NCBI RefSeq assembly: GCF_036971445.1
Contig: NC_091476.1
Span: forward strand, 42,904,001 to 42,968,000
DNA: 64,000 nt
Source: Narcine bancroftii
Taxonomy: Eukaryota
Reading direction: 5' to 3'
Part shown: one piece after another, positions 1-11,500 of the stretch
Layout: every line of letters starts with the position of its first letter
Numbering within the stretch: position 1 is the stretch's first letter
Notes under the pieces: generated by a model
Database searches by the model: none
What the model saw: only the letters and a program-made list of their open reading frames with translations
Told to the model about the DNA's origin: nothing
Translations under genes and position numbers: made by a program

Positions 1-1
1 C

Positions 2-1056
2 ACAAGTAGGAGTAATCCGCCAGAACCGATCCGGAGTACGCAACTCCCGACAGGACCATGGATCGACGTAGCTGTTGATTTTCTTGGACCTTTACTGACG
101 GGTGAATCAATTATGGTAGTGATAGATTACTACAGCAGATACTATGAGTACGTGGTGTTGAAGTCCACAACCACTGAAAAAACAATACAAGCATTAGCAG
201 AGATATTCGCAAGATATGGATTACCAATCTTCGTCTGCAAAGCCAAGCCAAAGATACTCTGACAATGGTCCACAATTCATTTCAGAGACATTTGCGGAAT
301 ACATGAGGACCACAGGTATCCACCATCATAAAGTAACTCCGAAATGGCCGCAAGCCAACGGGGAAGTAGAGAGACAAAATCAGTCCATTGAAAAACGATT
401 GAGGATTGCACACGCTGAAGGACAAAATTGGCGAGAAGCATTGCTATCTTATGTGACTATCTATCGAGCAACGCCTATTGCAACCACTGGAAAAAGTCCT
501 GCAGAAGCATTTTTTGGGAGAAAAATCTGCACAAAAATGCCAGAAATAAAGGAAATCCGAGATGACCAGGAGATGAGGGACCACGATGCTGAAAAGAAAG
601 GTGCAGCAAAGCTGTACACAGATTCAAAACGTGGACATCATGCCAGGAGATAATGTTCTAGTGAGGCATGAAACTGGTGGTAAGCTAGACACACCTTATT
701 ACCATCAACCCTATACTGTCGTATCCATAAGTGGCAGTATGGTGACAGTCAAGTCTCCGACTGGAGTCCTGTATAAGAGAAATGTATCAGGTGTAAAAAG
801 GTACCAGTCCAGAGATACATCGAGCGAAGAGGTTGAAAGGCCAATACGAGATGCTGAAACTGAGAGACCTGATGATGTTCCAGAGGCAGTTACCAGCACT
901 CCTGATGAAGTGACTAGAGCGCCAGAAACACCTGAAGCCGTGGCGAGCAGTATTTCCGACGCTGAGAGTGAACAACCGAGAAGCGACGACAATATCGCAG
1001 GCAGGCCGAAACGAAACCGGAAAGTGCCCAAACGATACGAAGACTTTGTGCCATAG
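2..1056 (+). pseudogene. pol: Gypsy pol C-terminus (integrase core and C-terminal tail), frameshifted
   Basis: Reading from nt 2 gives PWIDVAVDFLGP...VVIDYYSRY...IFARYGLP; a frameshift near 230-255 leads to YSDNGPQF...WPQANGEVER (D,D,E triad); second frameshift near 630-640; ORFs 216-653 and 586-1056. Confidence 0.9.
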
Positions 1057-1234
1057 TTTTAATAAGAACTTTGGGACAGTATTTTAATCTTTTATCATAA
1101 AGTGCATGTATGAGTGCTGTAGGAAGTAAATTTTATGTAGTTGAGTTATAGTATTACCATTAGTTACAATGTTTGTAGGTTTCCGAGGGATATTGGTAAG
1201 TGAAGGTAAAGTTTATTTCTGATTAAAGGAGGGA

Positions 1235-1409
1235 TGTCATGATAATGAATATGTATGAGATGTACCGGAAGTCACGTGGTATGAGAGAGAGATAAGAGCA
1301 CAAGCAGGAGAACAAAGGAAACTAGAAAATAAAGACACTGAGAAGTTTACCTGATAAAACTTGTGTTCAATGTTTTATTTACTTCACATTTTGGGCCACA
1401 AATGTGACA
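1235..1409 (+). repeat. 3' LTR (175 bp) of the Gypsy element
   Basis: Starts TG directly after the PPT, ends CA, 5-bp terminal inverted repeat TGTCA/TGACA, internal AATAAA at about 1328. Confidence 0.85.
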
Positions 1410-1925
1410 GTAGGCAGATGCCTGAATGAAATAATGGGGGAGAGGAGCAGGGGGACAGGTAGGAGGTAATAGGTGGATAAGGGAGGGAGGGCGCAACAGC
1501 AGACAAGGGGAGGGGAGATGGTTCTGTGAATGGAGAGCTGGAGGAAAGAAGTCAGAGGGTCAGAGAAGAGAGGGAGAACAGGAAGTGGTCTGGCAGAAAC
1601 TGGAGAAGTCGATGTTAATGCCATCCACTGGATGATGCCCAGATGGCATATTAAGCATTGCTCCTCCAATTTACGGGAGGCCTTGGTTTGTCAGTGCTTG
1701 AGGCCATGGACAGGCATGTCAGCATGGATGTGGGGCACAGAATTGAAGTGGTTGTTCAGTGGGAGATCCTTGTCATTGATGCAGAGAGTGTGAAGGTGAT
1801 CAGTGAAGAGGACTTCCAGTCTGTGTCCAGCCTCTCCAATGCAGAGAAGGCCACAATGGGAGGACCAGATGCAGTAGGTGACCCTGCAGATGCACAAGTG
1901 AAGTGTTCCTTCATTTGGAAAGACT
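1410..1925 (-). mobile_element. Penelope-like element remnant (GIY-YIG endonuclease 3' region)
   Basis: ORF 1691-1897(-) VTYCIWSSHCGLLCIGEAGHRLEVLFTDHL...NNHFNSVPH resembles the Penelope GIY-YIG pattern (VxYxI-x-C-x2-C-x3-YIGET-x-R-L). Confidence 0.8.
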
Positions 1926-2413
1926 TAAGGAAAGTAAACTCTACTGGCTGTCAGTTATTATTGGTTAAGACTTCTAAGTCACATCACAGCTAAAATACTT
2001 CTCAAATTTTAACCTTGAGGTATTCAATCATTGCCGGATATATGTATGCAGACCGCAAGTGAAGTTAAAAATGTCTTTAACTTCGTTAAAATCTGTGTCC
2101 TATAGAAGGAACATATTAGAACATATATTCATTGTTAAGACTCTGCCTCTGGAATCTCATGAATTGTTCTTATTTCCCTTAAGGGATCATCGTGACATTT
2201 TCCAGAGATTTTATTTCGTGATCTCAGGAAGGTGATTATGAAGCAAGGTTTAGTTCTTGTATAAGGACTCCAATCTCTAATGATGTTGCTCCTGGTTTGA
2301 TAGGTCAGTGTTCATTGTCTATTAAATTCAGTGGAATTATTAGACAACTGCATTATACTGGAGTGAATAGTGGTGAGCATGGATGTAATGGGCTGAATGG
2401 TCTTTCAGTGCTT

Positions 2414-2867
2414 CATAACATAACATAACATAACAATTACAGCACGGAAACAGGCCATTAGGCCCTTCTAGTCCGCACCGAACCAAACACCCCTCTCTAG
2501 TCCCACCTCCCTGCACAATGCCCATAACCCTCCATCTTCTTCTCATCCATATACCTGTCCAACCTTTTCTTAAATAATACAATTGACTCCGCCGCCACTA
2601 TTTCTCCCGGAAGCTTATTCCACATGGCTACCACTCTCTGAGTAAAGAAGTTCCCCCTCATGTTACCTCTAAACCTCTGCCCCTTAATTCTTAACTCATG
2701 TCCTCTTGTTTTAATCTTTCCTCCTCTTAACGGAAATAGTCTATCCACATCCACTCTGTCTATCCCTTTCATAATCTTAAATACTTCTATCAAATCCCCT
2801 CTCAACCTTCTACGCTCCAAAGAATAAAGACCTAATCTGTCCAATCTCTCCCTATACTCTAGATGCT
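2414..2867 (-). mobile_element. 5'-truncated CR1-clade LINE (HER1-like) 3' end with microsatellite tail
   Basis: ORF 2497-2844(-) LGLYSLERRRLRGDLIEVFKIMKG...FFTQRVVAMWNKLP is the CR1 ORF2 C-terminus; (TAACA)n tail at 2414-2436. Confidence 0.92.
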
Positions 2868-3128
2868 ATATGATATTTTGACTCTAAATCACAGCTAAAA
2901 TTCACAAAAAGTGAATATTGTTGCTGGCTAACTGAGATCTGCTGCATAAGTTCATCATTAGCCACTAATTAGCTTTAGATGGCAAGCCTCATTTGTCAGT
3001 GTAAACCATCAATAAATGTTCTGGCAGTTTAAATAGGACTGCAGAGTTACGCAACAGATGGTATCACATAGGATCCAGAAAGAACAGTGATCGCAGCAAC
3101 ATTTCGTGTCATCGAGTCATAGACCCAG

Positions 3129-3362
3129 TGTGATAGTACAGATTCTATCACCAATGTGTATATGTACAGATGGTAGTGTAGGATGACTGCGATTGGCTGA
3201 GAGTGTAGCGACACCTACTACTGGCAGGTCTTAAAGGATTCCTCCTATCCAGAGCAGGTCATTCTGGACTGGTCGACCTACTTGTGATATACTGCAGTCT
3301 TTTAGTTAATAAAAGCCTTGGTTTGGATCAACAAGTCTTTGGTTCTTTCGACGCGCTCTACA
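3129..3362 (+). mobile_element. Solo LTR (234 bp), family A
   Basis: TG...CA ends, perfect 5-bp TSD CCCAG (3124-3128, 3363-3367), AATAAA at about 3308; second copy at 11278-11500. Confidence 0.92.
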
Positions 3363-3424
3363 CCCAGGGACTCATGGAATCGTGTAACGCGTGAAAGTCT
3401 GCAGATTTCTACAGCTCTGTACTA

Positions 3425-3755
3425 CTGTAGAAGTCCAGAAATCTGGACCATACAAGACTCTGGACTTTTTGAAAATACTCAAGCTTTTTAAAATTTAACG
3501 GCCTTATGTGTACGTGCGTGCATGCGTAAACACCACAGATGCACAGTGGCAACAAGAGACCCTGCTTGTTGAATTTATTTTTCTTTAAACTGCTTGTTTT
3601 GAAAAATGAAGCCCGCTGCATTTGGTCATGAATAAACTATCAAAATTTGTCTGTTCATCTCTTCTTAAATTTGTATTTTAAAAATACTGCCCGAGAATCT
3701 TGAAAATCTGGACTGATCCAGACCACAAGCAGTCTGGATTTTAGAACTTCTACTG
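3425..3755. mobile_element. Tc1/mariner (Tigger/pogo-like) MITE, degenerate
   Basis: Imperfect TIRs CTGTAGAAGTCCAGAAATCTGGAC / GTCTGGATTTTAGAACTTCTACTG, flanked by TA and CA (decayed TA TSD). Confidence 0.7.
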
Positions 3756-4443
3756 CATGTTTACTTGCTGAACTATATACTGTAGGAATCGAACAGATGA
3801 ATTACTCACAAAATAAACTTATAGCTATATTAAAACTTTATATGATTTTTCTTGAGGGAATTTTGGGATGAGGGTGAAAACCATCATGTATATAACTTTC
3901 AATTTGCTCTTTTGAATCTGGTATTATTATAGTAATTTTGATTACTGCACGTATGGAAAATTTTTAGATCAAATATTTTTTTAAACTTTTTCATACGTGA
4001 TCCTCTTAATTTCAAATTGACAGCATTGCAAATAATTTTCTGATTGATGACTGCATTTTTCTGTCAATCATTGGGTGATGTTTTTCTCAAACCTTTACAG
4101 ACAAACATCACAAGACAGAGAGAAAGGACAAGGTACCTTAATAAAGGACATTTCTTCCCCTCTGAATACTCCAGGGTATCTGGATTAATTATTTTTAAAC
4201 TGTAGTAAATGCTGTCTTGTAACAGTCAAATTTCATTCAACAGGACATGAGGGAGCAATGACATCAGCAGACAATCCTATGTTTTAAACATGATTCATAA
4301 ATGTAAGAAATCATTAATAAATCCAATTAAGATTTCAGAGAGAAGTGAAAAAGTGAAATTTATTATTTCAAGGGGTGCTTAAGTAAAAAAGCATAAGGTC
4401 ATTTAAGGACAAGATAAAATAAAAAGGACTGAACATATGGTGA

Positions 4444-4848
4444 CAGAGTGAGAAGGAGAGGGAGAGGCAGAATGAGAGAGAGGGAGAGGGAGAGGGAGAG
4501 AGAGGGAGGGGAGAGAGGGAGAGAATGAGGGAGAGGGAGAGGGAGAGTGAGAGGGGGAGGGAGAGAAAGGGAGAGGGAGACGGTGAGAGTGAGGAGAGGA
4601 AGAGGCAAAATGAGAGGAGGGAGAGGAAGTGATAATAGAGAGGGAGGGAGAGGGAGGGAGAGGGAGAGAGAGAGGTGGAGGGAGAGAGAGGCAGAAGGGA
4701 GGGTGAGTAAGAGGGAGAGAGAGAGAGCGAGAGGGAGAGAGAGTGAGGGAGGGAAAGGGAGGGAGAGAGGCAGAGTGAGAGGGTGAGGGAGAGGGGAGAA
4801 AGAGAGGGAGAGGGGAGAGGGGAAGGAGAGGGAGAGGGATGGGAAGCT
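4444..4848. repeat. Purine-rich (GA/GGA) low-complexity tract
   Basis: Almost all G and A on the + strand. Confidence 0.9.
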
Positions 4849-4894
4849 CATTTGGAGCAGATCACAAAAAAAACATTAATAAACAGGTGTCGCT

Positions 4895-5575
4895 GCTAAA
4901 ACTACTGGTGCGAACCTAGGGAAAGTGGGGAGTGGAGACACAGCACCCACACCCCTTACCCCCCCACCCCCTCCCCCCCCCCCCCCATGGGTTCCTACTG
5001 TCAACAGCTCTGTACAGGCTTTAAGCAGCCAATAATGAGCTGACCATGTTTCATTTAAAATTATGTGACCAAGATGGCAGTTTTTGTGTTCGGGAGCGGC
5101 CACAAGGGGTTGCATACTCTAGGGGAGCAATGGACTGGCACAGGGCACCAGTAACATAGAGAACAACACAACACCTCCCTCAAGGAGAAGCAGAGGAGAT
5201 GGCCCTAGGACAGTGACCATGGTGGTGGACTAGTGAAGGGCTCTATGACTGAAGAACCCACACAGGCAGCAGGTAAGCTGTTGGTGACTTGCAGGTGAGG
5301 AACCCACACAGGCTGCTGGTGACTTGAGGCCAAGGAACTCACACTGGGCTGTGGGCTGCTGGAGAATGGTTCATGAGAACCAGGTATCAGAATTGGGATT
5401 TGAGAGGATGCTGGTGGCAAGAAGGGCTCCCGAAGGGCCCTGGGTGCTGAAGGCTTCGACAACATGTCTGTGGTTTGGATATGAGCTTGGATTGTCATGA
5501 CTTGAACTGAACTGGAGTCTTTGTGCGCCCTTATAGCAATTTTCTGTAATATTTTACTACAAGACAATAAATAGT
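4895..5575 (+). mobile_element. Unclassified non-coding dispersed repeat with a LINE-like 3' tail
   Basis: Ends ...GTAATATT...GACAATAAA; similar tails at about 43355-43597(+), 26960-27120(-) and 59958-60050(-); contains CAAGATGGC. Confidence 0.4.
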
Positions 5576-6059
5576 ACCTGATTTGATGAAGCAGGTGGTT
5601 TGCTTATGTACTGTACATTCCATGTCACGGTCTATCACCATAAGATCTTGGAAAATGAAGACCACTTGCCATCTCTCGGAGGCCACCACTTGATGATGGG
5701 AAATATCAATAGAGAAATTCAATGTCACCTTCTATACGTTAGCATGGAGACCAGGCGATTGAGTAACGGGAGTTGAAGATGAACACCTTCAACCTGAGAC
5801 GAAGCTTGTGGTGCATTGGGGAGCAGTGAACCCTGCCACTCTGCGTACATCTGAGACCTGGATATATTCACATGTCACTAATGGTGTCTTTAATGCTATT
5901 TCTGCAAATCCTCCAACATAATTGGAAGAGAAAGTGAACTGAGATCAGTGTTCTTTCTCAAGCCAACATCCCCAGCACTGAGATCCAAACTACACCAAAT
6001 TGGCTATGTTGAGTAGGTCGTATTATTCACAGGCCCAACACTGGTCTTCTGAAGCAAGA

Positions 6060-6290
6060 ATGAAATCTGCAGACGCTGTGATTGTAGGAAAAACACACAG
6101 AAATGCTGGAGGAGCTCAGCCAGTCTGGCAGCATCCATACAGGCAAAGATATATTACTGATGTTTCGAGCCCGAGACCTTCTTCAATATACAAGGAAAGA
6201 ACAGGGAGGCATCAGATTAAAGACAAGGCTGGCTCAGGGGAGGAATCCGGGCCAACAAAAGGTGTTTATAAGATATGATAAGAGGAGTGA
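6060..6290 (-). mobile_element. Penelope-like terminal-repeat fragment
   Basis: Recurrent block TCTGCAGAcGCTG...AAATGCTGGAGGAgCTCAGC...GTTTCG; its reverse complement follows the GIY-YIG remnant at 60085-60905. Confidence 0.6.
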
Positions 6291-6299
6291 TGAGAATTG

Positions 6300-6402
6300 A
6301 TGGATACTGGAGCACCCAGAGCAAACCCACACAGACACAGGGAGAACGTGCAAAATCCTTACAGACAGCGCAAAATTTGAACCTTGGTCACTGGTGCTGT
6401 AA
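6300..6402 (-). mobile_element. V-SINE (HE1-like) fragment
   Basis: Reverse complement of the V-domain: GGAGCACCCAGAGCAAACCCACACAGACACAGGGAGAACGTGCAAA. Confidence 0.75.
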
Positions 6403-6525
6403 CTTGGGGAAGAGTCTATGGTTCCCATGTGATGCAATGGCCAAGAAAGTAACTTTACTTTCTCAGAAGCCTGAGAAAATTTGGCATGTTAACTGAATTG
6501 ACTTGAGAGCACCATCAGTGGTGCT

Positions 6526-6927
6526 GAGTGAGAAATTACTTCAGCTCATGATTGAATGGCGGGACTGATTTGATAGACTGAATAGCGATGTTCTGCTCCT
6601 ATGACTTATGTCTTATGGTCTGATGGATGCCAGATTGCACCAAGTTTTCATGGTGCTTCTTTTCCAAACAAAGCTGGGATTTATTCGACATGTGATTCTC
6701 ATGGTTTTGTAGGTTGTGAGATTGCTAATGAGGCCATATTCAAATCCAATATGACTGTCACAATGAACAAGTACAGTGACAGAGGTTGTTTCGCAAGCTG
6801 ATTAATTAAACGTCTCTTGAAGAGGGTGCACGAAATCATTGAGGACCCCTTCCACTCTGCACACAGCTTCTTTCAGCTACTACCATCGGGGAAGAGGTAA
6901 AGGAGTATCAGAGCCAACACCACCAGG
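6526..6927 (+). repeat. Donor copy of a 402-bp local direct duplication
   Basis: Aligns without gaps to 9885-10286 with about 12 substitutions (counted by eye). Confidence 0.95.
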
Positions 6928-7190
6928 CTGAGGAACAGCTTCTTCCCATGGGCAGTGAGACTGCTGAACAATCAAAGGAACTGGTCACACTAACCATCGG
7001 AGACTCTCATATGTATAAAATAATATTTATTTGTATTGATGAAGTATTTGTCCTGCATATATATTGTTTGTCAGTATGTATGTGTGTTAGGTCTTGTTAT
7101 GTGTCTGCATGTTTTTGCACCGAGGACCAAAGAACGCTGTTTCATCGGTTTGTACTTGTACAATCAGATGACAATAAATTTTACTTAACT
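6815..7190 (+). mobile_element. Rex1/Babar-type LINE 3' fragment
   Basis: Encodes IIEDPFHSAHSFFQLLPSGKR*RSIRANTTRLRNSFFPWAVRLLN; ends GACAATAAA. Confidence 0.8.
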
Positions 7191-7394
7191 CATGCTAAGT
7201 ACAATTAGTGCAGGGTACAGACGTGCAGAGCTACAGAAATAGATCACTTCGTATGGAGCATTAGTCTGATAATGGTCAGAATAAAATTGTCTTTGAATCT
7301 GATGGTGTGTCATCTCACTCCCATGAATTTTCTTCCTGATGGTAGGGGTCAGGAGAGTGTGACTGGGGTGGAATGAATCTTTAATATAAAGAGT

Positions 7395-7893
7395 ATCTAG
7401 GATTGTGGGTAGTTTTGGACTCCTCATTTTTAAAAAAGATGTGCTGACTAGAGAGAATTCAAAGGAGGTTCTGGGAATGAAATGGTTATCATATGAGGAA
7501 TGTTTGACAGCTCTTGGCCTGTACTCTTTAGAATTTAGGAGAATGAGGGGGGATCTCAATTAAACATTTCAAATGTTGAAAGGCATGGACAAATAGATGT
7601 AGAGAGGTTGTTTCTCAAGGTGGGAGACTCCGGGACAAGAGGACACAATCTCAGGATTTAAAGGAATCCACTCAGAGTAGAGGTAGGAAGGAATTTCTTC
7701 AGCCAGAAGGTGGTGAATATGTGGAATTTGCTTTCACATGTGGTTGTGGAGCCCAAGTAATTTGGATGCATTTAAGGTAGAGATTGATAGGTTCTTGATT
7801 AGCCAGGGCATTAAAGGTTATGGGGAGATGGCCGGGCAGTGGGGCTGTCGGATAAATAACCTATTTTTGCCTCTGTGTTTTATGGTTATATGG
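7395..7893 (+). mobile_element. CR1-clade LINE 3' fragment, degenerate
   Basis: GLYSLEFRRMRGDL-like coding remnant and a CR1-type 3' UTR. Confidence 0.8.
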
Positions 7894-9546
7894 TGTAAAT
7901 GATGCTGGATAGAGCCATGAACAACTGGCTTATTTTGCACAAACAGTTAGAAATTAAATTTAAAGAATAGAAAATGCTGAAATTATTCAGCAAGTTAGGT
8001 GATATCTAGAAAAGAGAATCAGAGCTAATGATTCAAGTCAATGACTTTCAAAATGGAAACTCATCAGATTTTCAGCATTTGCAGTATTTTGCTTTTATAA
8101 ATGGATGCATCCCAAGGATGCCCTGTGGCGGAATGGTAATGAAAGCCAGGTGAGATGCAAAGGTCTTCCTCAACGCCACTTACTGCAGCCATTCAGAGTT
8201 GCTGCTCATTTCCCACCAGGCACCAGCTTACTTCGTCTCCATTTTGAGGATTACTGATGCATTTGCCATGGGAAACAGATTAAGAAAGCTCCATTCCTTG
8301 TATGGATTGTTGTAGTTGGCCTTTTTTAATGACTTCAATTGTTTTGGGTTCAGAATCTTTTGCCAAGTACTGCACATTTCATTTTAATCAATTCTTTCAG
8401 GATATATATATCCCAAAGCAAATAACAATTTTTCTTTTGCTTCCAAATACATTTCTACAGAAAGAAAGAATGCTATAGTAGAAGAGGCCTAACAGCCCAC
8501 TATCTATTTAATTAGAGCACTCTCTAATTCCACTATCATGTGATTTTCAAAGCCTTTAATCCTTTTCTCTTTATTTATTCAATCCCTGTTGAAAGTTTCT
8601 GTCAAACTGACTTCCAATTCATTGCTGATCACAGCAACTCTCTGTATGAACAAAAATCTAAGTCCTTTGTGGATTTTTTTCTCAATCAATCACTTTAAAC
8701 CTGGTCCTTTTATTTATCAGTTAAACAGAAAAGTTTGCAGATGCTGTGATTGTAGTGCAAGGCGCAGAGATGCTGGAGAAACTCAGCAGGTCACTCTCTG
8801 GAAGTAAATTCCCTTTTCCTTGACACCATTCAACTGAATCTCCTCTGCACACAAGCGGAGGGATTGATATTTCTCCCAGACGAGTCCAGATCGCACTACA
8901 TTATTCCAGATGATGATGATGAGTGATTATTATCAAATACACAAATACAAATATCAACAAATACACTAAAGTACTCACTTGCTGCATCCAAGCATGTCTG
9001 CAAGATAAACCAACTACAACAGGCTACATTAAATCACCACAATATGTCAAGACAGAAAAGAAGATGATGAACATAAAAAGCAGTTTTGTTTTTGCATAAC
9101 CTCCTCTCCTTTATTCATAAAGCTCAGGATCCCATAGATCTGTCTTCCCACAAATGTGCCCTGGCTGCTTTTTTTCAGCATTTCCTGATTTCATTCTGGA
9201 TTTCCAGATTTTTGAAAATGTCCCACATATCTAAACAACAATATCCTTAACCTTCATCTTCACAGACCATGTCCTTGTGTTCTTCTAGATCCGTTTCTAT
9301 TTTTCATACTTCTAATTCTCATAAAGTTTAAAGTCTTCAACAAATCACAGCATTCATTTACTCAGTGAAACATCTCCAACTTATCACATTAATGCTCTGA
9401 TACAATTTACTCCCAGCAACCTGCAAAAAGAATGTCAAGTCTTTGCACCTGCTGTCTTTCACCTCAACCTATCTCAGGAGGAGTGCTCAAACTCTCCTGG
9501 AGTCTGCACAGGGGCAGGTCCTTTGGCTGACATGAGAGAGTAGGTA

Positions 9547-10592
9547 AAGTCAAGTCAAGTCACCTTATTTTATCATTCATACCATGCTCGTACAGTAAAG
9601 ACAAGAAAGCATTTCTCCAGGACCAGAGAGCACTTTTGCATAAATGTAAGTTAGAATAGAAGTTAAACACCTTAAAATATTAAGACATATACAGTAAAAG
9701 TCCACTTGCATATATATTCTGGGAATTCAGGAGTCTAATGGCCTGGGGGGAAGAAAGCTGTTGCCCAATGTGGACGTAAGGGCCCTAGTGCTGAGATTCC
9801 TACTACCAGATGGCAGAAGAGTGAACAGTTTACTTGAGCAGTGTGTGGAGCCTTTCATAATGTTCATTGGCTTTCACCTGCATCGAGTGAGAAATTACTT
9901 CAGCTCATGATTGAATGGGGGGACTGATTTGATAGACTGAATAGCTATGTTCTGCTCCTATGACTTATGTCTTATGGTCTGATAGATGCCAGATTGCACC
10001 AAGATTTCATGGTGCTTCTTTTCCAAACAAAGCTGGGATTTATTCGACATGTGATTCTCATGGTTTTGTAGGTTGTGACATTGCTAATGAGGCCATATTC
10101 AAATCCAATATGACTGTCACAATGAACAAGTACAGTGACAGAGGTTGTTTCGCAAGCAAATTAATTAAACGTCTCTTGAAGAGGGTGCGCGAAATCATTG
10201 AGGACCCCTTCCACTCTGCACACAGCTTCTTTCAGCTACTACCATTGGGAAAGAGATACAGGAGTATCAGAGCCAACACCACCAGGTGTTGGAAGAGAAC
10301 CTCCATTGATCTTTTCTGCTGACTTCACCATCCTCTGCAAGATCTTGTGGTCCGAGGTGGTAGAGCTACCAAACCAGGCGGTGATGCAGTTGCACAGGAT
10401 GCTCTTGATACCCTTTGTAGAACGTAGTGAGGATAGAGGGTGGGAGATGAACTTACCTCAGCCATTACAGGAAATAGAGGCGCTGCTGGGGTTTCTTGGC
10501 TATAGAGCTGGTACTAAGAAACCAGTGGCATTCTCTGCCAAGTACACTCCAAGGAACTTGATAGTCTTTGATGACCTCAGTGGTAGAGCCAG
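9547..10592 (-). mobile_element. Rex1/Babar-type LINE fragment interrupted by the 402-bp duplicated segment
   Basis: (AAGTC)n tail at 9547-9561; antisense RT C-terminal sequence continues on both sides of 9885-10286. Confidence 0.75.
9885..10286 (+). repeat. Inserted copy of 6526-6927
   Basis: About 97% identical to the donor; lies inside an antisense LINE. Confidence 0.95.
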
Positions 10593-10611
10593 TGAAGTTG
10601 GGGTCTTGGTT

Positions 10612-10670
10612 TTACATTTAAACCCAACACTGGCACCTCCAACAATGCATTACTCCATCAGTACTGCAGT
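10612..10670 (-). mobile_element. Deu-domain SINE (SacSINE1/AmnSINE1-like) fragment
   Basis: Reverse complement ACTGCAGTACTGATGGAGTAATGCATTGTTGGAGGTGCC resembles the Deu-domain core as I recall it. Confidence 0.55.
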
Positions 10671-10699
10671 CATGTTTTTTAAAAATTATTTATTATTTT

Positions 10700-10910
10700 A
10701 ATTTTGACATACAGAATGGTCAGAGGCCCTTCTGGCCCAAGAGCCCATGCTACCCAATTAATTTACAAGCCACATACATTTTTGGAGAAAACGAAAGGAC
10801 CTGGGTGAAACACAGGAAAAAAGTAACAGGTTGCAGACAGTAGCAGATTCGAATCGGGGTAGCTGGTGATATACCATTGAGCTAACCTTTACGCTAACAG
10901 TGGTGCCCTG
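10700..10910 (-). mobile_element. V-SINE (HE1-like)
   Basis: Same architecture as other copies: CR1-like tail, degraded V-domain, tRNA-like head with B-box (GATTCGAATC). Confidence 0.7.
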
Positions 10911-11277
10911 TGTTAACCATAGTTATATTTGATAAAAATATATTCCTGAATTTTGCCACCAAATCTCAAAATAAAGAACCTCTGTCAAAATTGTGCTAGA
11001 GTTGTTAATACTCAACTGACAGATTGGTTGATTCCCCCTCCCCCCAATATATCTAAATATTTATTTACATTGATCCATTAGGTGTAATACTATTTAAAGA
11101 TTCATTATCAAACAACTCAAAACGTTTGAGAAACCTACACTGGTGAAAATAAGAGCTGAGAGGAAAGGCCAGATTGACACTTGGTGTGATACGAACTTGT
11201 TCTCCATCGTTGGAAGTGTTCTATGTTGGCCCTAAAGCTGAAGTCTTGTCTGCTGGAAGAAAAACCCCTTGCAGGTG

Positions 11278-11500
11278 TGTAATGAGCGTCGAAAGAACCA
11301 AAGACTTGTTGATCCAAACCAATTAACTAAAAGACTGGAGCATCTCACAAGTAGGTTGACCAGTCCAGAATGACCTGGTCTGGCTAGAAGCAATCCTTTA
11401 AGATCTGCCAGTAGGTGTGGTTACACTCTCAGCCAATCACAGTCATCCTACACTACCATCTGTACATAGACACATTGGTGATAGAATCTGTACTATCACA
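11278..11500 (-). mobile_element. Solo LTR (223 bp), family A, inverted relative to 3129-3362
   Basis: Reverse-complement match to 3129-3362; perfect 5-bp TSD AGGTG (11273-11277, 11501-11505). Confidence 0.92.

Larger units (their letters stand above)
1..1409 (+). mobile_element. 3' part of a Gypsy (Ty3/Metaviridae) LTR retrotransposon: integrase, PPT and 3' LTR; continues upstream of the window
   Basis: Integrase core at the end of pol, then polypurine tract AAAGGAGGGA (1225-1234), then an LTR bounded by TGTCA...TGACA. Confidence 0.92.

Noticed and set aside
4399-4851. 150-aa Leu/Ser/Pro-rich ORF (-) and 79-aa Arg/Glu/Gly-rich ORF (+)
   Set aside because: Translation artefacts of the GA-rich low-complexity tract.
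6601-10322. Near-identical ORFs at 6601-6801 and 9960-10322, suggesting paralogous small genes
   Set aside because: Both lie in the 402-bp duplication, start in a CR1 tail, differ at a stop codon and resemble no protein I recognise.
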